Shown: positions 38,847-53,303, counted from the first letter of the stretch. The stretch is 64,000 nucleotides of DNA from Eledone cirrhosa (GCA_964016885.1 OZ024754.1:30876001-30940000), one strand, 5' to 3'. Numbers and translations are program-made. The notes: generated by a model not told the origin, from the sequence alone.

Positions 38847-39815
38847 AAGCATTTATATATATAGAGAGATAGATATATAGATATAAATGCATATATATAT
38901 ATATGCGTGCATAGATGTATGCTTGCATACATGAAAATCTACATATGTATGTAAAAATACATATTGCTATAGATATATGTATGTATACATATAAAAATAT
39001 ATGTATAAATGTATATGTATATATAGTTATATATATATATATATGCATATATATGTTTGTATATATATATATATACATGATCATTTATATATATATATGT
39101 TCATTTATATATATAAGGCGTGTGGCTGAGTGGTTAGAGAATTGGATTCGCAATCGTAAGGTTGTGAGTTCGATTTCTTGACCAGGCGATGCGTTATGTC
39201 CTTGAGCAAGACACTTTATTTCACGTTGCTCCTTCTACCTGGAGTTGCGACCGATAGATAGTATTAGCAATTGGAAAGACCAACGGAAACATTGTTCCCT
39301 CGGTCCGATTTGACGAAAGTCGATCGTTCCTTTATATATATATATCATCATCATCTTCGTTTAACGTCCATTTTCCACGCTAGCATGGGTTAGACGAGAG
39401 TTGTCCCACTTGAGGCAAGGCTGGTCGGGTGACCGTGTCTCACTCTTATAGGACTATCTGGCAGGTTTTCTACGGCTGGATGCCCTTCCTAACACCAACC
39501 ACATTTACAGTGAACTTTTTACCGCGTTACCTACACGACCACATTACAGCATGGACTCTGTGTGTTTTATGTATATATATATATGTGTGTGTATGTGTGT
39601 ATGTGTGTGTGTGTGTGTTAATTGCAGCTGCAACTTCGATTTTACTCACTATTATTATTATATACATATATGTATATATGTTTGTATATATGCACATATA
39701 CATATATGTGTATAGGGATATATGTGTGCATGCATATATGTATATGTATGTATACATGCATACATATATACATATTGAGATATATATATAATTGAAGATA
39801 TATACATATATATGT

Positions 39816-39846
<31 letters not shown>

Positions 39847-39862
39847 CATGTGTGTATATATA

Positions 39863-39919
<57 letters not shown>

Positions 39920-39920
39920 G

Positions 39921-39952
<32 letters not shown>

Positions 39953-40282
39953 CATACATACACGTAGATATTCACACACCCACATCATTCTTGCTATATA
40001 CACATCACCTTCAGTTTTTCTACTCAACCGAAACCCAATCTACTTTGTCTCTCATCAGAGTCTTCCTGTTTATACATACATCTCTCTCTCTCTCTCCCTC
40101 CCTCTCTACCTCCCTCTCTCTCCCTCTCTTTCTCTCCCCTTCTCCCTCTCCCCCTCTCTCTCTACCCCTCTTTCTACCTCTCTCTCTCACACCCACACCC
40201 AGACATACATACACACATACATACATACATACACATATACACACACATCCATACATACACACATATATACACAAGTAATGGA

Positions 40283-40330
40283 CCTACTACTACTACTGCT
40301 ACTACTACTACTACTACTACAATTACTGCA

Positions 40331-40369
<39 letters not shown>

Positions 40370-41678
40370 GTTGCTGATGTTGGTGTTGCTGTTGTTGTTG
40401 TTAATTCTGATAGTGGTGGTGGTGGTGGTGGTGGTGGTGGTGGTGGTGGTGGTGGTTGTAGCGCTGATGTTGGTGGTGCTTGTAGGTGTTGTATTGATGT
40501 TGGTGTTGGTGATGCTGATGATGTCAGTGTTGGTGTTGTTAGTGGTGGTGTTGGTGGTGTTGTTGGTGGTGTTGTTGTTGTTAGTGTTGGTGTTGGTGTT
40601 GTTATTGGTGGTGTTGGTGTTGTTATTGGTGGTGTTGGTGTTGTTATTGGTGGTGTTGGTGTTGTTAGTGTTGGTGTTGGTGATGATGTCAGTGGTGGTG
40701 TTTGTTGTTGTTGTTGGTGTTGTTGTTGGTGTTGTTGTTGGTGTTGTTGTTAGTGTTGTTGGTGGTGTTGTTGGTGGTGGTGTTGTTGGTGTTGGTGTTG
40801 TTGGTGGTGTTGTTGGTAGTGTTGTTGGTGGTGTTGGTGGTGTTGTTGGTGGTGTTGTTGGTGTTGGTGTTGTTGGTAGTGTTGTTGGTGGTGTTGTTGG
40901 TGGTGTTGTTGGTGGTGTTGTTGTTGGTAGTGTTGTTGGTGGTGTTGGTGGTGTTGTTGGTGGTGTTGTTGGTGGTGTTGTTGTTGGTAGTGTTGTTGTT
41001 GGTAGTGTTGTTGGTGGTGTTGTTGGTGGTGTTGTTGGTGGTGTTGTTGTTGGTGTTGTTGGTGGTGTTGTTGGTGGTGTTGTTGTTGGTAGTGTTGTTG
41101 TTGGTAGTGTTGTTGGTGGTGTTGTTGGTGGTGTTGTTGGTGGTGTTGTTGTTGGTAGTGTTGTTGGTGGTGTTGTTGGTGGTGTTGTTGGTGGTGTTGT
41201 TGTTGGTAGTGTTGTTGGTGGTGTTGTTAGTGGTGTTGTTGGTGTTGGTGTTGTTGGTAGTGTTGTTGGTGGTGTTGTTGGTGGTGTTGTTGGTGGTGTT
41301 GTTGTTGGTAGTGTTGTTGGTGGTGTTGTTGGTGGTGTTGTTGGTGTTGGTGTTGTTGGTAGTGTTTTTGGTGGTGTTGTTGGTGGTGTTGTTGTTGGTA
41401 GTGTTGTTGGTGGTGTTGTTGGTGGTGTTGTTGGTGTTGGTGTTGTTGGTAGTGTTTTTGGTGGTGTTGTTGGTGGTGTTGTTGTTGGTAGTGTTGTTGG
41501 TGGTGTTGTTGGTGGTGTTGTTGGTGTTGGTGTTGTTGGTAGTGTTGTTGGTGGTGTTTTTGGTGTTGTTGTTGTTAGTGTTGTTGTTGGTGGTGTTTTT
41601 GGTGGTGTTGTTGTTGGTGTTGGTGTTGTTGGTGGTGTTGTTGTTGGTGGTGTTGGTGGTGTTGGTGTTGGTGTTGTT
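40283..41678. repeat. (CTA)n followed by a compound (GTT/GGT)n microsatellite
   Basis: Direct reading. Confidence 0.95.
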
Positions 41679-43070
41679 ATCTATTCCTTTCTAGCTGTCA
41701 ATCCTTCAAGTCTTTGGTTTGTTGTCTACCATATTGTTGTTGATGTTGCAGTTATTGTTTCCTTTTTTTAGCACAGTTGTCACCTCCACCACCACCTACA
41801 CCAACACCCCAATCACACTTCCATCACACCCCCTACTCCACCTTCCCCACCACCCCCTACTCCACCTCCACCATCACCCCTACCCCACCTCCATCCTGTC
41901 TTACAACACCTTCACCAACGACCCCACAATCGCTACTTAACTACACTTTGCTACATTTCCATAAACCTCCCTATATTTCCATAGACGTTCCTACACTTCC
42001 GTATACCTCCCTATACTACCACTACACTTCCACTACACTTCCACTACACTTCCCAACACTTCCACAACACTTCAGTAGTTAAACCATATAAACCAGCCCA
42101 GTCTATTAGACATTAAGACAGTGTGACTCACTATCATTATAGCTACAGTGTATATTAGTAGTTACTTCATTAGTAGCTTCATTAATTAAATTGGTTTAGT
42201 TATTCTATATTTTATTATCACATTATTATTCTGTTACTGGTTTCGGTCATTAGACTCTGGCCATGCTGGGGTACCAGCCATCATCACCATCATCATCATT
42301 TTAACATCCCTGCTAGCAAGGGTTGGACAGGTCTACATAGACAAAGTCAACACTGAAGTGGTGGCTACTGATCTCCCAGACATGCCAAGGATCTGTTGTT
42401 CGGCTTATGTATACTTTTCATCATCATCATCATCATCATCATCATTATCAACATTTTAGGTTTATTTTCCATGCTTGCATGGGTTTGATGGGTTGTCGTG
42501 TTCTGAGGCTAGACAAATCAGAGGACCACGTCTTGTTCATATATTCCATTCTGGTCTGGTTTCTATGGCTAGATGCTCTTCCTAATACCAACCTCTTTAC
42601 AGAGTGTACTGGGTGTTATATTCTGTTATTATATCTACCATCTATATCACTCCCCACCCATATCTATATACTATTTTTTATGAGATTTTTATTGAACTGT
42701 AAAGAAAATGATTGGTTTCTTACATAGAAAAACTTCTGGCTTAATTTTTCACTTTAGCAGAGTCTGTTTTGGACACAATTCCAGTTTTGGACATACTTCC
42801 CTCCCTCCCACTTGTCACTGAGTCACTAAAAGGGGTCATATCCATTACCCTCCCTGCACCCCTGACTAAAAACAACAACAAACACTGAAATACACACACC
42901 TCCTATATGAGCGAGACATGGTCACGTGACCCAACTTGCCTCTAAATGTGACAAACCCGTCTAACCCATGTTAGCGTGGAAGATAGACATTAATCAATGA
43001 TGATGATGATGATGACGATGTATATAGACATATATTTGTACATGCACACACACATACACATATATATATG

Positions 43071-43123
<53 letters not shown>

Positions 43124-43369
43124 GTGTGTGTGTGTGTATATATATACACACACACACACATATATATATATATGTGTGTGTGTGTGTATATATATACACA
43201 CACACACATATATATAGTTTGATGGTATGTAACATTTAATTACCATTGGATCACCAGTTGGAGCACTCAATACCTATGTGGGTACAGTTGCCGATGTGGT
43301 ATTCTACATTTGGTTTTACACTGTAGTAGGTGCCCTTATGAAGCAGAGTGTTAATAATAATAAGGAGTA

Positions 43370-43436
<67 letters not shown>

Positions 43437-43632
43437 AATAACATTAAGAAAGATGCTGATGTTACATAAATCATTTATTTATTATAATTATTTCAATGGT
43501 TCCCTTATGCAATCCACAATGTAACGTATGCATTTGTTGGTGGTATCGGAATGCTGCAGGTAAAAAAAAAACATGTCCTTCTTCTTGTGTGCCTGGCAGA
43601 CATATTAGCTCTCAAAGGGTTCTTCCATATAT

Positions 43633-43672
<40 letters not shown>

Positions 43673-43726
43673 TAATAAAAACAATGAAATAAAAACAAAG
43701 AACAGGTTCCTTATATTAAAAAAATC

Positions 43727-43859
43727 ATCATTTTACGATCGTTTCTGGGATATATATGTCTATGTTGGTATGTATATCATATTAAAGATCAATGTAAAAA
43801 AATTACAAATTATCACAGAAGATATACATACCTTCACTTATATATGCCATCTTCAGATA

Positions 43860-43863
<4 letters not shown>
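43727..43863 (-). ncRNA. Type I hammerhead ribozyme with a 104-nt branched/extended stem II, family J
   Basis: RC: AUCAUAU-CUGAAGA-UGGCAUAUAUA...GGUAUGUAUAUC/GAUAUACAUACC...UAUAUAUCCCA-GAAA-C-GAUC-G-UA^-AAAUGAU. Partial copies at 44466-44582 (+) and 44790-44968 (-). Confidence 0.7.
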
Positions 43864-43890
<27 letters not shown>

Positions 43891-43897
<7 letters not shown>

Positions 43898-43986
43898 AGA
43901 ACAAAAGATGGAGTTCCATGTATTTTATTATGCGCATTTCAAAAAAATACATGGAACTCTTTTAACCATCTTTTGTTCTTATATAT
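43891..43986. repeat. Fold-back palindrome next to (TA)n
   Basis: ATATATAAGAACAAAAGATGG-AGTTCCATGTATTTT mirrors AAAATACATGGAACT...CCATCTTTTGTTCTTATATAT. Confidence 0.75.
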
Positions 43987-44089
43987 TATGTATACTCCAG
44001 TCCTACAAACTGTAGAGTGCTTCTTATCCGATATCTGCATTGCTTTATTGTACTACAATAAAACTCACCTCCTACATATATATATATAT

Positions 44090-44435
44090 GGAGGCACATG
44101 GCTTAGTGGTTATAGCATTGGCATTGCAATCGAAAGGTTGTGAGTTCAATTCTCAGACCAGGTGATGTGTTGTTTCCTTGAGCAAGACACTTTATTTCAC
44201 ATTGCTCCAGTTTACTCAGCTGTAGAAATGAGATGATAGGGACTGGGGTCCATATCATTCCACTGCAAAGTGGTCGTGGAGGTGCCACGGCAAAAAAGCA
44301 CCCAGCACTCACTGTAAATGAGGTTGGTGTTAGGAAGGGCATCCAGCTGTAGAAATCAAGCCAGAATCAGTTTCCGTCCCACCCTTGCAAGCAGGGAAAA
44401 GCGGACGTAAAATGAAATGATGATGATGATGATGA

Positions 44436-44439
<4 letters not shown>
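44090..44439 (+). mobile_element. tRNA-derived CORE-type SINE, full-length, RTE-type tail
   Basis: Head GGAGGCACATGGCTTAGTGG, CORE-like block, GGAAGGGCATCCAGC, (GAT)n tail. Confidence 0.9.
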
Positions 44440-44469
<30 letters not shown>

Positions 44470-44611
44470 TATCTGAAGATGGCATATATAAGTGAAGGTA
44501 TGTATATTTCCTCTGATAATTTGTAATATTTTTACATAGATCTATATGATATACATACCAACATAGACACATATATCCCACAAACAGCTGTTCCCTATGA
44601 CCATGACAAGT

Positions 44612-44651
44612 CCAAGCTGAATATCCGCTAAGGTGAAATAATTGTTCTTGG
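44612..44651 (+). ncRNA. Minimal hammerhead, family F (G8 mutated)
   Basis: CCAAG-CUGAAUA-UCC-GCUAA-GGU-GAAA-U-AAUU-G-UU^-CUUGG. Confidence 0.6.
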
Positions 44652-44743
44652 AATGGTGAACTAACTGTTGTGTTACTACTTCTACTAAACTTGTCCCATG
44701 ACTGAGTGCTCTGCCTCTACGGATATTACCTTCCAGTGTTCTA

Positions 44744-44792
<49 letters not shown>

Positions 44793-44990
44793 TAATAAAA
44801 ACAATGAAATAAAAACAAAGAACAAGTTCCTTATATTAAAAAAATCATCATTTTACGATCGTTTCTGGGATATATATGTCTATGTTAGTATGTATATCAT
44901 ATAGATCTATGTAAAAATATTACAAATTATCAGAGGAAATATACATACCTTCACTTATACATGCCGTCCTATATATATATATATATATGT

Positions 44991-45046
<56 letters not shown>

Positions 45047-45048
45047 GT

Positions 45049-45081
<33 letters not shown>

Positions 45082-45253
45082 AGTTTTAATATAGATGAGA
45101 TTCTACAGGACTAGAACTGTTTCATTCTTTAGAAATCATCAGATGAAACAGTTCTAGTCCTGTAGAATCTCATCTATATTAAAACTTTTATACTCTGCTA
45201 TGTATTGAGTACCTTACTTACTGTGGTTACCTCCGATTCAACCCGGAATAACG
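45082..45253. mobile_element. Family H fold-back element with its junction inside the ribozyme, in (TA)n
   Basis: Junction ...AAATCATCAG|ATGAAACAGTTC...; long arm ends CCCGGAATAACG. Confidence 0.85.
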
Positions 45254-45309
45254 TGTATATATATATATATAAGGACCCAGCATATTACTTATCAATGCCA
45301 GGATTATAT

Positions 45310-45530
45310 ATATATATGTGTGTGTGTATGAATATACATCTGTGTTTATATATATATATATATTTATATATATACACTGTATGTATAAATATATGCGTGT
45401 GTGTGTGTGTGTGTATGTATGAATATACAACTGTGTTTATATATATATATATATATTTATATATATACACTGTATGTATAAATATATGCGTGTGTGTGTG
45501 TGTGTGTATGTATGAATATACAACTGTGTT

Positions 45531-45562
<32 letters not shown>

Positions 45563-46180
45563 CACTGTATGTATAAATATATGCGTGTGTGTGTGTGTGT
45601 GTGTATGTATGAATATACATCTGTGTTTATATATATATATATATTTATATATATACACTGTATGTATAAATATATGTGTGTGTGTGTGTGTGTATGTATG
45701 AATATACATCTGTGTTTATATATATATATATTTATATATATACACTGTATGTATAAATATATATGTGTGTGTGTGTGTGTGTGTGTATGAATATACATCT
45801 GTGTTGATATATATATATATATTTATATATATACACTGTATGTATAAATATGTGTGTGTGTGTGTGTATGTATGAATATACATCTGTGTTTATATATATA
45901 TATATTTATATATATACACTGTATGTATAAATATATGTGTGTGTGTGTGTATGTATGAATATACATCTGTGTTTATATATATATATATTTATATATATAC
46001 ACTATATGTATAAATATATGTGTGTGTGTGTGTATGTATGAATATACATCTGTGTTTATATATATATATATTTATATATATACACTGTATGTATAAATAT
46101 ATGTGTGTGTGTGTGTGTGTGTATGTATGAATATACATCTGTGTTTATATATATATATATTTATATATATACACTCTATG

Positions 46181-46220
<40 letters not shown>
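45310..46220. repeat. ~85-100-bp compound tandem repeat, ~10 copies
   Basis: Unit TATGAATATACATCTGTGTT-(TA)n-CACTGTATGTATAAATA-(TG)n. Confidence 0.9.
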
Positions 46221-46222
<2 letters not shown>

Positions 46223-46423
46223 TGCTTGTGTTTATATTTATCTCCCGTAACATAGCAGTTTAACAAAAAGAGATTGATAAATAAGTAATTTAGTTGAAAA
46301 ATGTAAGTGCCCCAGTATGGCCGCAGTTTGATGACTGAAACTAGTTAAAGAATATAAAAAATATAAAGAAATATGAAAATAGATATTGTTTGAAATAGAA
46401 TATTTTTGTTTTACCAGGAATAA

Positions 46424-46774
46424 TCTTGTTCTCAAAGTCGGTGCTACCCCCCCCCCCCCCTTGGGAGGCATTGAGAAGGTCAAAGGGGGTGTTGGAGCCT
46501 GGGGGGCTAGTGGGGGTGTAGTAGAGATGATATAATAGCATATTAAATATTAAATGATATATATTATATATAAATATAGTAAAATAAATATATGTATTAA
46601 TAATATTTATTTATACATAGTATATATTATATTATTATATATCAATTAATGATTTTATTTATTATATATTATTTACAATTTGCATGTAGACAGGTCTCTG
46701 GAAATAGATGTGAGGGCGCTGCGGGTATTACGTGGCCGTGGTGGGGGGGGGGGGGCAAAAGTTTGAGAACCTCT
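46424..46774. mobile_element. Possible old hAT-type MITE remnant
   Basis: Ends ...GTTCTCAAAGT and AAGTTTGAGAACCTCTG with subterminal C and G runs; no TSD identified. Confidence 0.4.
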
Positions 46775-47880
46775 GATTTACACCATAAAATTGTGAAAAA
46801 AAATATATTCTGCATCTATAGGATTTGCACCCCTGATCATGAAAATGAAAATGTTAAGTTAGAAATCAATAATAAAACAATACATGGGGTGCTGGATTAA
46901 CTGTAATCGGAAGAGTGTCAAACAAAATGCTTTGTGGTATTTAATTATGACTTTCTACGTTCTGAATTGAAATACTGCAGAGGTCACCTTTGCAAGTTGA
47001 TAAAATAAAGTACCGGTCAAGTACCGGTCAAGTACTAGGTCTGATCTAATTGAGTTTACGACACACCCCACCAATCCATATTGCTAAATTGCTGGCCTTG
47101 TGCTTAAATTACCAATCATTTGAGAGTGGTGGGTTGGCAGAAGATTCACAAAGCATATGACCAGACAATATGTTTTATGGCATTTGTTCTAGGAACTTAT
47201 ATTCTGTGTTGAAATCCTGCCAGGGTCAAATTTCCTTTACATCCTTTCAGGGGTTGATAAAATAAAATACCAGCAAAGTACTGGGAGTAATTTAATCAAC
47301 TTTCCCATTCCACAAAAAAATCATTTATAACACAATACGAAGGGTTGCGAGGACCCTTAGTTGGGTCAAAGACATGACAAGCTCTCTTATACCCTTGGTA
47401 GAATGTGAGACCATACATAATCAAGATGCAGATTCCTGGCCTGTCTGGGAGATCAGTGGCCTGGCTTCAGTACTGACTTGGTCTATGTAGACCCATCCAA
47501 CCCTTGCTAGAAGGGGAAATGACCATTAAAGTGATGTGATGATGAGGGTGATAGCTTGTTATTCCACCATTGGTGCCAACCCAACTGTCATTGAATAAAT
47601 GTTTTATGTGGTCAGTCAGCCAACTCTGTGTAGCAAGGCCAGACACAAATAGGGAAGTAGACAAAGCAAGTAGGTCAGTTGGTATGTTGCTTTTATTGTT
47701 CAGTTACATGTACACTACATGTACAGGTATATACAGGTACACAAGTACATGTATTTACCTGTAAATAATACATAAATCATATTTATTTGGCACTGGTACT
47801 GATAACTGAAATATTTAGTGACCAGTTTGACATGGTGCCAGCATTTTACATCTGACCTGCTTCTGATAGCAGCTATGGTG

Positions 47881-48998
47881 CTATATTTAACATCTGGTCC
47901 CAGCCTATACATTTCACATCTGGTCCCAGCCTATACATTTCACATCTGGCCCTAGTCTATACATTTCACATCTGGCCCCAACCTATACATTTAACATCTG
48001 GTCCCAGCCTATACATTTCACATCTGGTCCCAGCCTATACATTTCACATCTGGCCCTAGTCTATACATTTCACATCTGGCCCCAACCTATACATTTAACA
48101 TCTGGTCCCAGACTATACATTTCACATCTGGTCCCAGCCTATACATTTCACATCTGGCCCTAGTCTATACATTTCACATCTGGCCCCAACCTATACATTT
48201 AACATCTGGTCCCAGACTATACATTTCACATCTGGTCCCAGCCTATACATTTCACATCTGGCCCTAGTCTATACATTTCACATCTGGCCCCAACCTATAC
48301 ATTTAACATCTGGTCCCAGACTATACATTTCACATCTGGCTCTAGTCTATACATTTCACATCTGGCCCCAACCTATACATTTAACATCTGGTCCCAGACT
48401 ATACATTTCACATCTGGTCCCAGCCTATACATTTCACATCTGGCCCTAGTCTATACATTTCACATCTGGCCCCAACCTATACATTTAACATCTGGTCCCA
48501 GACTATACATTTCACATCTGGTCCCAGCCTATACATTTCACATCTGGCCCTAGTCTATACATTTCACATCTGGCCCCAACCTATACATTTAACATCTGGT
48601 CCCAGACTATACATTTCACATCTGGTCCCAGCCTATACATTTCACATCTGGCCCTAGTCTATACATTTCACATCTGGCCCCAGCCTATACATTTCACATC
48701 TGGTCCCAGCCTATACATTTCACATCTGGCCACAGTCTATATATTTAACATCTGGTCCCAGCCTATACATTTCACATCTGGCCCACAGTCTATAGATTTC
48801 ACATCTGGCTTCAGATTATACATTTCACATCTGCCCTCAGCCTATGCATTTCACATCTGGCCCCAGCATATGCATTTCACATCTGGCCCCAGCCTATACG
48901 TTTCACATCTGGCCCAGGCCAAAACATTTCACATCTGGCATCAGCCTATACATTTCACATATGGCCTCTGTCTATACATTTCACATCTGGACTCAGTC
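47881..48998. repeat. 26-bp minisatellite (~43 copies) with a 4-unit (104-bp) higher-order repeat
   Basis: Unit CATCTGGTCCCAGCCTATACATTTCA; variants cycle TCCCAGAC / TCCCAGCC / CCCTAGTC / CCCCAACC(+TTAA). Confidence 0.95.
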
Positions 48999-49136
48999 TA
49001 TTACCAGTTTAGAAGTGTTAATTTTGAACAAATTATGATTGGATTGGTGACTCTCCAGTACCAGTCAACCAAGATATAATAAATGTTTGTCGCTATTTCA
49101 ATACTTATAAATTTATGACACAACAAATAATACACG

Positions 49137-49191
<55 letters not shown>

Positions 49192-49288
49192 TTATACGTA
49201 TATATATATATTTATATATATATATACATATTTATACATATATATATTTATATATATATATTTATATATACCTATATCTATATATATA

Positions 49289-49324
<36 letters not shown>

Positions 49325-49327
<3 letters not shown>

Positions 49328-49449
49328 AAAAGGAAAACACTGACTTCACTTGTAGTGCTAAATAATTTGATTTAATTTTATAATATTATAATAAAAATTA
49401 AATCAAATTATTTAACACTACAAGTGAAGTCATTCTTTTCCTTTTTTTC
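49325..49449. repeat. Fold-back palindrome next to (TA)n
   Basis: TGACTTCACTTGTAGTG...ATTTGATTTAATTTT mirrors AAAATTAAATCAAAT...CACTACAAGTGAAGTCA. Confidence 0.8.
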
Positions 49450-49489
49450 AAATATACCTAACTGTACCAAGGATCTCACACATTTTCCA

Positions 49490-49538
<49 letters not shown>

Positions 49539-49543
49539 TGTCA

Positions 49544-49581
<38 letters not shown>

Positions 49582-49817
49582 TTGTGTCAAGTTTAATATA
49601 GAAATGGCTTCTACAGGACTAGAACTGTTTCATTCAAAGGAAATCACCAGGAAAGGGCTTTCCTGATGATTTCTTAAATATATTTTATATATATGTGTGT
49701 GTTTGTGTGTGTTTGTGTATCATCATCATAACTGTTTAATGTCCGTTTTCCATGCTAGCATGGGTTAGACGAGCTGTCCCAGTGTGAGACAAGCTAGGTT
49801 GGATGACCAGAGCTGGC

Positions 49818-49861
<44 letters not shown>

Positions 49862-50135
49862 GTAAAGAGTCAAGGCCTGATGGCTGAGCTCCTGCCATTT
49901 TGACAGCAAATTCTGAACACATGCACATTATGCCAAGGTTAACTTTACCTTTCATCTTTACGGGGTCGATAAAATAAAGTACCAGTAATACACTGGGTAG
50001 TGTCAAAAGTAGAAACAATTATCTATATATATTATATACCTTGATTAAATCTACCTTGATTAAATCTACCTTGATTAAATCTACCTTGATTAAATCTTAA
50101 CCATTTAACATCTCAGGGTATGTCATATATCATTA

Positions 50136-50190
50136 TATTTTGTCTGATGAGGACGTACTGTTGTACATCCGAAATATGTATAATAAAATG
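50136..50190 (+). ncRNA. Minimal type I hammerhead ribozyme, family C
   Basis: UAUUUUGU-CUGAUGA-GGACGUAC-UGUU-GUACAUCC-GAAA-UAUGUA-UA^-AUAAAAUG. Confidence 0.75.
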
Positions 50191-50426
50191 TAATTGATCA
50201 AAAGAACATCTATTTTATTAATATTTATATTCTAATATATTATATATAAATATAGATATAGATATGTATATGTGTGTGTGTGTGTTTAATAGACTAAATG
50301 TCAGACAAATATTTACCAATTTCATTGGTTTTGGAAGATATTATTTATCCTAAATCTTGACTTAAAGTTTGTCTGAAGCCCAGAGGTTCATGAAACCAGG
50401 GCTTGTCCCAGTATCATTTACATTAA

Positions 50427-50838
50427 CCTCTTAGCATTTAAACTGGCCATATCCAGCCAGATTTCTCTCACCTCTTTCTGTTAAAACCAGTAGTAACTGG
50501 TCACTCATACTGATGTTAAGGTATTTTTTTCAAAATATATCAAAATCTCATAGATTCGATCTTAGATAAGATATTACATGAGATAAAGCTTTTACTATGA
50601 AAATATAATTGTTTTTACTTTAGGCACAAGGCCAGCAATTACCCAGTGCATTACTGGTACTTTATTTTATCGACCCCGTAAGGATGAAAGGCAAAGTCAA
50701 CCTCGGCGGGATTTGAACTCAGATCATAAAGGGACGTAACTATGCTGGAAAGCATGGCGTCTGACCCTCTACCGATACTGCCAATCCACCGCCCTGAAAA
50801 TATAATAGTAAATATAGAGTAATGTAAATGCTAAAGGG
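50427..50838. mobile_element. piggyBac-like MITE interrupted by a SINE (50610-50794, -)
   Basis: TTAA-CCTCTTAGCATTTA ... TAAATGCTAAAGGG-TCAA. The SINE is flanked by the 12-bp TSD TGAAAATATAAT (50598-50609 and 50795-50806). Confidence 0.7.
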
Positions 50839-50987
50839 TCAACTAGTCAAGTATACAAAACTTGCACCTGGACAGGATACCAATCCATTGTAGACATAAA
50901 GTGAGTCCCAAGTCTAGAGGCTCGTCAGGTTAGAGCTGATCCCAGTTTCAAGACTCCCATACATACATACATACATACATACATACA

Positions 50988-51023
<36 letters not shown>

Positions 51024-51669
51024 CATACATACATACATACATACATTCATACATACATACATATATATGTACATACATACATACAATAATCTGTTACACA
51101 GACATCTCCAGTCATCAAATGATAAAATGTGAAATATATGTACACAAGCAACACTCCAGCATGGTCGCAGTCAAATTAGATGCAATTATATATAAAGAAT
51201 GAAAGAATGAAACAGTTCTAGTCCTGTAGAATCTCATCTATATTAAAACTTTTATACTCTGCTATGTATTGAGTACCTTACTTACTGTGGTTACCTCCGA
51301 CTCAACCCGGAATAACTTACCTATATATATAAATATATGTGTGTGTGTGTGTGTATATGTATATATAGATATATATATATCATATAGGGTGTGGTAAAAA
51401 ACCAGATAGACCATAAACCACCACAGTACTCAATACTTGGGTAATATGAAAAGATGCAGGACCCCGACATGTATATATATATATATATCCTGGAGAGGAG
51501 ATGGGTTGTGCTGGGCTTAAAAGAAAAAGTACAAACATGCAAACATACATATGTATATAGATATATATATATATATACATATAGTCTGAAAATGTATATG
51601 TAATGAAATTATTTATGTGTATATATAAATGTCTTTATATATATATATATATATATCTTTTGATCTTAT

Positions 51670-51701
<32 letters not shown>

Positions 51702-51760
51702 AGATAAACAGAAATAACAACACAATCGGTACATATATATATATATATATCTTTTGATCT

Positions 51761-51797
<37 letters not shown>

Positions 51798-51880
51798 AAA
51801 GGTAAACAGAAATAACAACACAATCGGTACAGTATATGGAAGGGATATATTAGGTTAACGCTTGATATAGCAGGAAGAGG

Positions 51881-51934
<54 letters not shown>

Positions 51935-52171
51935 TATATATATATATATATATATATATACACCAGTTGGAAAACAATATATATATATACGGTATATATT
52001 TGAAAGAATGTTCAGCACTGCTAAGATCTTATGAAATCAATTAATAAAAGGTAGGCAATGACAATGGCAAATAAATGAGAGACAGGATAGTCCCATCTTG
52101 TCATTCAACCTCTGGTATTTCATTAGTTTTCCTGCTGTCTTCACTCTCCTTTTTTTAATTAATTATATGTA

Positions 52172-52248
52172 CAGGGTGTCCCAAAAAATGTATACACACT
52201 TTTATGAGAATGCTGTTGAAGTGTGAATACATTTTCTGGGTACACCCT

Positions 52249-52249
<1 letters not shown>
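52172..52249. mobile_element. Tc1/mariner-type MITE (78 bp)
   Basis: TA-CAGGGTGTCCCAAAAAATGTATACACACTT ... AAGTGTGAATACATTTTCTGGGTACACCCTG-TA. Confidence 0.8.
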
Positions 52250-52315
<66 letters not shown>

Positions 52316-52394
52316 ACATGACAAAAGACCAAGGTTAACAACTTACATTCATTCTCTCACCTTAATAGTAAAATACTCCATAATTATATTTATA

Positions 52395-52448
<54 letters not shown>

Positions 52449-52496
52449 TATTTATATAATTATATATATATATATATATATATAATTATATTTATA

Positions 52497-52631
<135 letters not shown>

Positions 52632-52841
52632 TATATATATATAGAGAGAGAGAGTGGGGGTGAGAGAGGGAGAGAGAGAATCAAATAAATAGATATAGAT
52701 ATATATACATATATATTAACATATGCATATATACATATATATATACATACATATATATATATATGTATGTATGTGTGTACACACATACATATAAATATAT
52801 ATATATGTGTATACATATAAATAGATATATGCATACATAGT

Positions 52842-52885
<44 letters not shown>

Positions 52886-53303
52886 TACACATGAACACAC
52901 AAGTGTAGTTTCCATTCTGAGGAGCAGTGATGTATGGCCTAATTTAACAAACGTTTTCCGAATGTTTCCGAAGATATTATCATAAAGGCAATGGATTGGA
53001 TAGGGGGAATAAACCAGGGAAGTGTGCAAAATGTAGGGCAGGCTGTTTAGTGAATGGAACAAAAATATTCCGCTGTCATCCATGGTACCGACATAGAAAA
53101 CTTTGGATCAACAACACAAGATTTGTGCAGATATATATATATTAATGGATATATATACATGTAACTATATTAATGGATACGTACATATGTATATATATAT
53201 ATGTGTGTGTGTGTGTGTTTGAGTGTGTATATATATTTGTATATATATGTATGTATGTATGTATGTTTGTTTGTATGTATATGGATGTATATATGTTTGT
53301 GTG

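Noticed and set aside
39792-41771. 659-aa Leu/Val/Gly membrane-protein-like ORF
   Set aside because: Built entirely from TA, CT, CTA and GTT/GGT repeats.
52900-53130. Unique 230-bp island between TA tracts (ORF MDDSGIFLF...)
   Set aside because: No recognisable domain, splice pattern or second copy in the window.
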